DNA of 64,000 nt from Minisyncoccales bacterium. Lineage in GTDB: Bacteria; Patescibacteriota; Minisyncoccia; Minisyncoccales; JAGMDC01. Location of the stretch: positions 14,838 through 78,837 of the forward strand of contig JBARPC010000016.1 in assembly GCA_049642725.1 (NCBI GenBank), written 5' to 3'. The translations under genes and the position numbers were made by a program. Below are positions 58,211 to 64,000 of this stretch, piece by piece. Below the pieces are notes generated by a model, which worked only from the letters and a program-made list of their open reading frames with translations, did no database searches and was not told the origin of the DNA. Position 1 is the first letter of the stretch. Each line of letters begins with the position of its first letter.

Positions 58211-59221
58211 ATGAGTAATAATTTTTTCAGATTAATCGGCTTAATGCTATCGCTGATTATTTTATTTGGAGCGCTTTTTTGTGAGCTTGGAGATAGTTCA
58301 AAAAATACAGCTTCTTTAATTTTTCAACAATCCCAACAGAAAGAAGGGTTTTTTGTTGATTCAAGAAAGAATCCAGTTCTGGAATCGCCGGACTTATATT
58401 TAATTCAAGATAATAGTTTAATAGCCACTTGTCCGCCCATTACAATTAATCCTCAAGTTTTAGGGTCATTTTTATCCCAGGAAGTTGCAACAGAAAAGAG
58501 GCAGGAAATTACTGAATATATCGTAGAATCAGGCGACATTCTATCTTCTATCGCTGAAAAGTTTGATATTTCCTTAAATACTGTTTTATGGGCTAATGAT
58601 TTGACCAAGAGTTCTAAAATCAAGCCAGGCCAAAAACTAATTATTTTACCGGTTTCCGGAGCTTTACATCTTGTTAGATCAGGCGACACATTAAGTGAAA
58701 TAGCTGAAACCTATCAGTCAAAAACAAGCGAAATAGCTGATTTTAACAAGCTTTCTGAAAACAAAGAAATATTTATTGGTGATGTTTTAATTATCCCTAA
58801 TGCTACGATGCCTGCTAAGAAAACTTATTACGCTAATATTCCATTAACTGGTTCTTATTTTATTTTATCCACCCAAGGCATAATTACGCAAGGTCCTCAT
58901 TGGTATAACGCCATAGATGTAGCCAATAAATGCGGAACGCCTATTTTAGCTGCAGCTGGAGGTGTTGTTCAAAAAGTTGGTTATAATACATGGCCAGCAG
59001 GCAACTATGTAAGGATATTACATCCTAATGGGGTGGTAACCCTTTATGGCCACCTGTCAAAGATTTCCGTGGAAAATGGCGAGCAAGTGGCTCAAGGTCA
59101 AGTAATCGGTAATATGGGCAGAACAGGATTAACTACTGGCTGCCACTTGCATTTTGATGTAAGGGGAGCTAAAAACCCGTTAGCCAAGTATCCAGTAGGA
59201 TCTACTGTAAGTTGGAAGTAA
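58211..59221 (+). CDS. LysM-domain M23 family peptidoglycan endopeptidase
   Basis: Two LysM repeats (YIVESGDILSSIAEKF..., HLVRSGDTLSEIAETY...). M23 motifs YGHLSKI...GRTGLTTGCHLHFDV. Confidence 0.85.
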   Translation: MSNNFFRLIGLMLSLIILFGALFCELGDSSKNTASLIFQQSQQKEGFFVDSRKNPVLESPDLYLIQDNSLIATCPPITINPQVLGSFLSQEVATEKRQEITEYIVESGDILSSIAEKFDISLNTVLWANDLTKSSKIKPGQKLIILPVSGALHLVRSGDTLSEIAETYQSKTSEIADFNKLSENKEIFIGDVLIIPNATMPAKKTYYANIPLTGSYFILSTQGIITQGPHWYNAIDVANKCGTPILAAAGGVVQKVGYNTWPAGNYVRILHPNGVVTLYGHLSKISVENGEQVAQGQVIGNMGRTGLTTGCHLHFDVRGAKNPLAKYPVGSTVSWK

Positions 59222-59319
59222 TAAAAATCCAAAGTTTAAAACCTAAAACAAAAAAATAAAAGTCAAAATCAAAAAGTTTTATTAAATTGGTTTTGGCTTT
59301 TTGCTTTAAGTTTTGGGTT

Positions 59320-59676
59320 TTATTTATGGCATTTGTTGCATGTTCTTGCTTCGGGATAAATTTCTAAACGTTCTTTAGAAATTAGCTTTCCACAATTTTC
59401 ACATTTTCCATATACTCTTTTTTTTATCTTCTCAAGGGCTGAATTAATATCTTTTAATTTTAATTCCATTGTAAATTCAATAGGAAGACGGGTTGAATAT
59501 TCTTCAACTTCATCTGCTGCTTCTTCTAAATCGCCGCCATTAAACTTAGGAAACAAGCTGTCCCAATCCCCTTTTAACTTCGGGTCTTTTTTGGCAAACG
59601 TTTCAAGCTCTTTTTCTATAGCGGTTTTTTCTTTTTCTAACTTTTCTTTAATCTCTTGGAGAAATTTTTTGTCCAT
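59320..59676 (-). CDS. DksA/TraR C4-type zinc-finger protein
   Basis: Coiled-coil N-terminus and CENCGKLISKERLEIYPEARTCNKC. Start moved to MDKKFLQEIKEKL. Confidence 0.75.
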   Translation of the reverse strand: MDKKFLQEIKEKLEKEKTAIEKELETFAKKDPKLKGDWDSLFPKFNGGDLEEAADEVEEYSTRLPIEFTMELKLKDINSALEKIKKRVYGKCENCGKLISKERLEIYPEARTCNKCHK

Positions 59677-59726
59677 ATTTAGGTCTAAGATTCTAAAATT
59701 TTGTTTTCGTAGTAGGAAATTTATTT

Positions 59727-61610
59727 TTACTTTGCGTATATATATAAATACCAATACCAAAAAGTAAAAAGAATTCCAAAAAGCGCAATCACGAATCCTA
59801 AAAGCAAAGCCCTTATCCAGATTTTTTCTTTAAAGCTTGGTTTTTGAGGGAGCGGCCTGAATATTATTTTTTCTTCGCCTAATTTTTCTTTTTCTTTAAA
59901 TATCTCTGATGGTTCTTCTCTAATTCTCTTTAAAATTTCTTCCCTATTTTCCTCTTTTTGCATTTCTTTCTCTTTTTCTATTTTTGTTACAGCTGATTGA
60001 TAAATTATTTCAATCTCATCTATTTTTTTCTGTAATTGTGCTTTTTGCTCTTCTATGTCCCATCTTTCATTTTCAATCAATTCCCTCCTTTTTTCGGCTT
60101 CTCTTCTGTCTCTTTCTATTTGTCTTCTCTGTTTTTCATTTATTACCTTTTTTTCTTTTGATTCAATTATTTCTATTTGTTTTTCTATTATTTTTTCTTT
60201 TTCCAAAATATCATTGTATTTCTGCTCTAAAATTTTTATTTCTTGCTCAAGTTCAATTTTTTCTTCTCTCAATTGTTTGATTTTCTCAATCAAAGCAAAA
60301 TGAGAAAGTTGTGATGTTTTCATCTTTTCATCTAATATTTTAGCCCTTTTTTCTAAGTGATTATTTTCTTCATCAATAATTCTTATTTCCTCTTTAGAGG
60401 CCTCTTTTTCTTTTAAAGCAAGTTCCTCTTTTACTATTTTTTCTTTTATTTTAAGAGAAGGGTCTTTTTCTTTTTCCAACAACTCAACTTTTTTCCGGAG
60501 TTTTTCTTTTTCCTTATTCATTATAGACAGCTCTTTTTCTACAGCTCCCTTTTTTCTCCATAAAGAAAACATTATTTTAAACCGCATTCTCGCTCTTATT
60601 TTTTTTATTTCCCGCCTTAAAGCATTTGTTTCTCCTTCCAATTCAATTTTTTCTTCTCTCAATTTATCTATTCTTCGGTCTAATTGTTTTTTTTCTATAA
60701 ACAGCTCTTCTCTTTCTTCTTTTAATGTTTTTAAGTTTTGCTGAAGTTTTTCTTTTTCTTTTTCTTTAAGTACGCATTCTTGTTTTAAAGAGCCTTCTCT
60801 TACTACAAAAGAAGATATTTTCTCTGCCGTTGCTTTTGCTTTTTCTTCTAATTGAGATTTTTCCTGCTTTAAAATATTTTCTTCTTGTTCTGTGTCTTCC
60901 AGGCTTTCCTGCAGAGTTTTGAGTTTTTCATTTAAATTATTTATTTTTCCATCTGTTTCTTTTTTTTCTGCGGATAAACTATCTTTTTCTTCTTTTAACA
61001 ATCTAATATTCTCTTTAAACCTCTCTTTCTCTTTTTCTTTGATTGTTAATTCTTTTTGCCAAGCATCTTCCCTTATTGTGCAAGAAGATATTTTCTCTGC
61101 CATTGCTTTTGCTTTTTCTTCTAATTCATTTTTCTCTTTTTCACTAACCTCTCTTTCTTCTTCTGATTTTTTAAAATTTTCTTCTAATCCGATTATTTTT
61201 TCCTCCAATTCTTTTTTCTTTTTTCTCAACTCTTCTCTTTTTAAAAAAAGGTCTTTTTTTTCTTGAACTAAAACCACCACTTCTTCTTCTAAAAAATTAA
61301 TTCTTTTTCTCAGTTTTTCTTTTTCATCTTTACTATTTTCCAGGCTAATCTCTTTTGGTTTTTCTGGCTCTATTGGTTTTTGTTTAATTTCTGAAGTTAT
61401 TAATGTTTCTTTTTTATGGATTTCAGGAATTTTTTCTTTTTCTAAAGGAAGTAATGTTTCAAGCCCTTCAATGTCTTGTTTCATTGTTTTTGCTTTTGCC
61501 TTTTTTAAAATTTTTAGAGGTTTGCCTTTTAAAGAAGAAGAAAGATCAGGACCATGAAGGTCTTTCTTCATTGTTTTAATTTTTTTAAAAAGATATTTTT
61601 TCCCTGCCAT
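59727..61610 (-). CDS. 627-aa Lys/Glu-rich coiled-coil protein with C-terminal TM anchor
   Basis: Heptad-like EK-rich sequence throughout. Internal ~91-aa duplication. C-terminal IRALLLGFVIALFGILFTFWYWYLYIY. Confidence 0.65.
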   Translation of the reverse strand: MAGKKYLFKKIKTMKKDLHGPDLSSSLKGKPLKILKKAKAKTMKQDIEGLETLLPLEKEKIPEIHKKETLITSEIKQKPIEPEKPKEISLENSKDEKEKLRKRINFLEEEVVVLVQEKKDLFLKREELRKKKKELEEKIIGLEENFKKSEEEREVSEKEKNELEEKAKAMAEKISSCTIREDAWQKELTIKEKEKERFKENIRLLKEEKDSLSAEKKETDGKINNLNEKLKTLQESLEDTEQEENILKQEKSQLEEKAKATAEKISSFVVREGSLKQECVLKEKEKEKLQQNLKTLKEEREELFIEKKQLDRRIDKLREEKIELEGETNALRREIKKIRARMRFKIMFSLWRKKGAVEKELSIMNKEKEKLRKKVELLEKEKDPSLKIKEKIVKEELALKEKEASKEEIRIIDEENNHLEKRAKILDEKMKTSQLSHFALIEKIKQLREEKIELEQEIKILEQKYNDILEKEKIIEKQIEIIESKEKKVINEKQRRQIERDRREAEKRRELIENERWDIEEQKAQLQKKIDEIEIIYQSAVTKIEKEKEMQKEENREEILKRIREEPSEIFKEKEKLGEEKIIFRPLPQKPSFKEKIWIRALLLGFVIALFGILFTFWYWYLYIYAK

Positions 61611-61639
61611 ATAAAAATATAGTTTATTATATCAAAACT

Positions 61640-63769
61640 TTATTTTTGATTTTCTAGAGATAAGTTAATTCTGCCTTGTTCGTCAATTAAGATTACTTTT
61701 ACTGGCACAATGTCTCCTATTTTTACCACATCTTCAACTTTTTCTACTCTTTCTTTGGCAAGCTTAGAAATATGGACCAATCCTTCCTGTCCCGGCAGGA
61801 TTTCAACAAAGGCGCCAAAATTCATAATTCTTTTTACTTTTCCCTGGAAAACTTCTCCAACCTTAACTTCTCTAGTAATATTTTTTATCCAGGCAACTGC
61901 TTTTTCAGCAGCATCTTCTTTTTCTGCTGTAATAAATATTCTGCCGTCATCTTCAATATCAATAGAAACCTCGCATTTCTCAATAATTTCATTGATTACT
62001 TTTCCGCCAGGTCCAATAACTTCTCTAATTTTTTCTGGCTTAATTTGTATAGTGTAAATTCTCGGAGCCCAAGGAGAGAGTTTTTCTCTTGGTTTGGCTA
62101 AAACTTTTTCCATTTGACTTAGAATGTATTCCCTTGCTTCCTTGGCTTTTACTAAGGCATCTTCTAAGATTTTTTCTGTAACGCCGGTGATTTTAACATC
62201 CATCTGAAGAGCAGTTATTCCATTTTTAGTGCCAGCTACTTTTAAATCCATATCTCCATAATGATCTTCAGGTCCCTGAATATCAGTTAAAATTTTGTAG
62301 TTTGTTATTTCTCCCTGTTTATTGATTTCTGTTATTAAACCCATGGCAATGCCAGTAGCCAAGGATTTTAAAGGAACACCAGCATCCATTAAAGCCATAG
62401 AAGAACTGGAGATTGAAGCCATTGATGTAGAACCATTTGAGGAAAGTATCTCTGAAACAATTCTGATAGTATAAGGAAATGTGTCAGAATCAGGGATTAA
62501 AGACAGGAGAGCTTTTTCAGCTAGCATTCCATGTCCTACTTCTCTTCTACCCGGACCGCGCATAGGCCTTACTTCTCCAACAGAATAAGGAGGAAAATTA
62601 TAATGGTGCATAAATCTCTTTTTTCCCACAATTTCCATTCCCTCTAATAATCGTTGGTCGCTTGGCGCTCCCAAGGTGAGGATAGAAAGCGATTTTGTTT
62701 CACCCCTAACAAACAATCCAGAACCATGTGTTCTTGGCAAAAGGCCAACTTCTGTATAAATATTTCTTATTTCATCCAGTTTTCTTCCATCAGGCCTTGA
62801 TTCTTTTTCCAGGATATTTTTATGGATTATCCTTTCTGTTTCTTCTTCAAAAAAATCTTTAGCATACCTGATTTTTTTTCCGTCCTGTGCCTGTTCTTTA
62901 ATAAAAAAGATTAGATCTTCCCTTAATTCATTTAATGCTTTGTTCTTCTCTTTTTTTGTTTCCTTGCTATTATCGGAAAAAGTTAAAGTTTTCTCTAATT
63001 TATTTCCTAAAAATTCTTTGATTTCTTTTTCCCATTCCAATTCAACGGCAAGTCTCTCTATTACAACCTTTTCTTCAGCGTTCTCTTTTATAATTTTTTG
63101 TTGAAATTCAATAAGCTTTTTTAATTCTGATATAGCAACCTTATACGCTTCCATAAAAGTTTTTTCTTTTGTTTCTTTTGCTTCGCCCTCAATCATATCA
63201 ATTAAAATCTGCTCACCTTTTATTCCTCCGGCTAAAAAAAAGTCAATATCGCTTTGTTCCCTTTGCTTATAAGTTGGATTTAAAATGAATTTTTGTCCGT
63301 TTTTGCCGATTCTTAAATTAGCAATTGGTCCTGCCCAAGGAATATCAGAAATAGATAAGGCCAAAGAAGCGCCTAAAAGTCCAAGAATATCAGGGTCATT
63401 TTCGCTGTCCCAGGACAGGCAGGTAATAACTACCTGGACTTCTCTTTTGAGATTTTTTGGAAACTTAGGTCTAATAGCTCTGTCAATCAAGCGGGCGGTT
63501 AGAATTGCTTCGTCAGAAGGCCGGCTTTCTCTTCTGATATAACGGGAGCCATAAATTTTTCCAGCAGCATAATATCTTTCTTCGTAATCAACAGTGAGCG
63601 GGAAAAAATCAATACCCTCTCTTTCTTGTTCAGACATTACCGCAGTAGCCAAAACCATGGTATCGCCATAACGAACTAAAACTGAGCCATTTGCCTGCTC
63701 AGCTAAATCTCTGATTTCCACAATTAGGTCTTTACCGCCAGTATTTATTTTATAAGTTTTACTATCCAT
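61640..63769 (-). CDS. pnp: polyribonucleotide nucleotidyltransferase (PNPase)
   Basis: Two RNase PH domains, then KH (IREVIGPGGKVINEI) and S1 (VGEVFQGKVKRIMNFGAFVEI). Confidence 0.95.
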   Translation of the reverse strand: MDSKTYKINTGGKDLIVEIRDLAEQANGSVLVRYGDTMVLATAVMSEQEREGIDFFPLTVDYEERYYAAGKIYGSRYIRRESRPSDEAILTARLIDRAIRPKFPKNLKREVQVVITCLSWDSENDPDILGLLGASLALSISDIPWAGPIANLRIGKNGQKFILNPTYKQREQSDIDFFLAGGIKGEQILIDMIEGEAKETKEKTFMEAYKVAISELKKLIEFQQKIIKENAEEKVVIERLAVELEWEKEIKEFLGNKLEKTLTFSDNSKETKKEKNKALNELREDLIFFIKEQAQDGKKIRYAKDFFEEETERIIHKNILEKESRPDGRKLDEIRNIYTEVGLLPRTHGSGLFVRGETKSLSILTLGAPSDQRLLEGMEIVGKKRFMHHYNFPPYSVGEVRPMRGPGRREVGHGMLAEKALLSLIPDSDTFPYTIRIVSEILSSNGSTSMASISSSSMALMDAGVPLKSLATGIAMGLITEINKQGEITNYKILTDIQGPEDHYGDMDLKVAGTKNGITALQMDVKITGVTEKILEDALVKAKEAREYILSQMEKVLAKPREKLSPWAPRIYTIQIKPEKIREVIGPGGKVINEIIEKCEVSIDIEDDGRIFITAEKEDAAEKAVAWIKNITREVKVGEVFQGKVKRIMNFGAFVEILPGQEGLVHISKLAKERVEKVEDVVKIGDIVPVKVILIDEQGRINLSLENQK

Positions 63770-63780
63770 GAGATAAATTT

Positions 63781-64000
63781 TTATTTTTTAAGCAGGTATT
63801 TTTCAGGGCTGGTTTCTAAATCAAGAAATTCATCAGCTGTTTCTTTTAACTTGCTGGATGTAGAGCGGCCAAAAGCAATAACTTCCACTCTCTTGCCCTG
63901 GTTTTTTAAGTATTCTGCCAATGGGATAAAATCGCCGTCTCCTGAAACCAAAGAAATTACATCTACTCCGGGAGCAGTTTTAACAGCATCAATAACTAAT
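63781..64000 (-). CDS. NYN/LabA-like domain protein, C-terminal part (gene starts beyond window end)
   Basis: Hand translation gives LVIDAVKTAPGVDVISLVSGDGDFIPLAEYLKNQGKRVEVIAFGRSTSSKLKETADEFLDLE. The SGDGDF motif is typical of LabA/NYN. Confidence 0.6.
   Translation of the reverse strand, partial: LVIDAVKTAPGVDVISLVSGDGDFIPLAEYLKNQGKRVEVIAFGRSTSSKLKETADEFLDLETSPEKYLLKK

Noticed and set aside
1-64000. Alternative genetic code (UGA read as an amino acid, as in some CPR lineages)
   Set aside because: Well-conserved genes end at TGA with family-typical C-termini (for example the kinase stop at 9119..9121 within an ATGA overlap). No conserved gene requires read-through of TGA.

Overview
This is a low-GC, gene-dense bacterial window. 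Most genes are on the minus strand, the code is standard (TGA is a stop, e.g. 9119..9121), and the content looks like Candidate Phyla Radiation/Patescibacteria (inference from gene content only). Recognisable blocks, in order:

- **Type IV pilus operon:** pilM fragment, four pseudopilins and pilC, followed by ruvA, rpsT and holA.
- **Signalling array:** a FIST gene plus a tandemly duplicated histidine kinase / receiver / receiver module.
- **DNA-processing genes:** 5'-3' exonuclease, yraN, comM and dprA. A small structured-RNA locus lies between comM and dprA.
- **Surface-protein island (about 13 kb):** interleaved with two DUF4143 AAA ATPase paralogues and bounded by decayed promoter repeats.
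- **Housekeeping stretch:** an AbiEii-like pair, tsaE, pilB, ruvB, a lamin-tail-domain protein, yebC, ruvC, tyrS and a class A PBP.
- **Origin-type block:** dnaN-dnaA / rpmH-rnpA-yidD-yidC-jag.
- **Type IV secretion-like cluster:** pilin fusion, VirB4-like ATPase, PrgI-like and VirB6-like proteins. It is interrupted by two strongly signalled plus-strand genes.
- **Window end:** rsmA, a LysM-M23 peptidase, a DksA/TraR zinc finger, a long coiled-coil protein, pnp and a partial NYN gene.

The most unusual signals are not genes:

1. A 21-29 nt perfect palindrome (core TGTTGAAGTC-S-GACTTCAACA) sits in frame in three unrelated CDSs. It always encodes VEVGLQQ.
2. A second G/C-capped palindrome family (CCCCCCACCACTTT / AAAGTGGTGGGGGG) occurs in a CDS and in a nested-inverted-repeat intergenic element.
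3. GC-rich hairpin patches lie inside dprA and at the pilM edge.
4. A dispersed intergenic CTTAACTCGGTTAAG repeat family is present.
5. A promoter-equipped 77-nt RNA has a tRNA-Ala-like acceptor (G3:U70, A73) and T-arm but no canonical D or anticodon arms.
6. Perfect DnaA boxes lie 7-10 nt upstream of -35 hexamers at three promoters, while none flank dnaA.

All calls rest on reading the sequence and the supplied ORF translations. No database search was possible.
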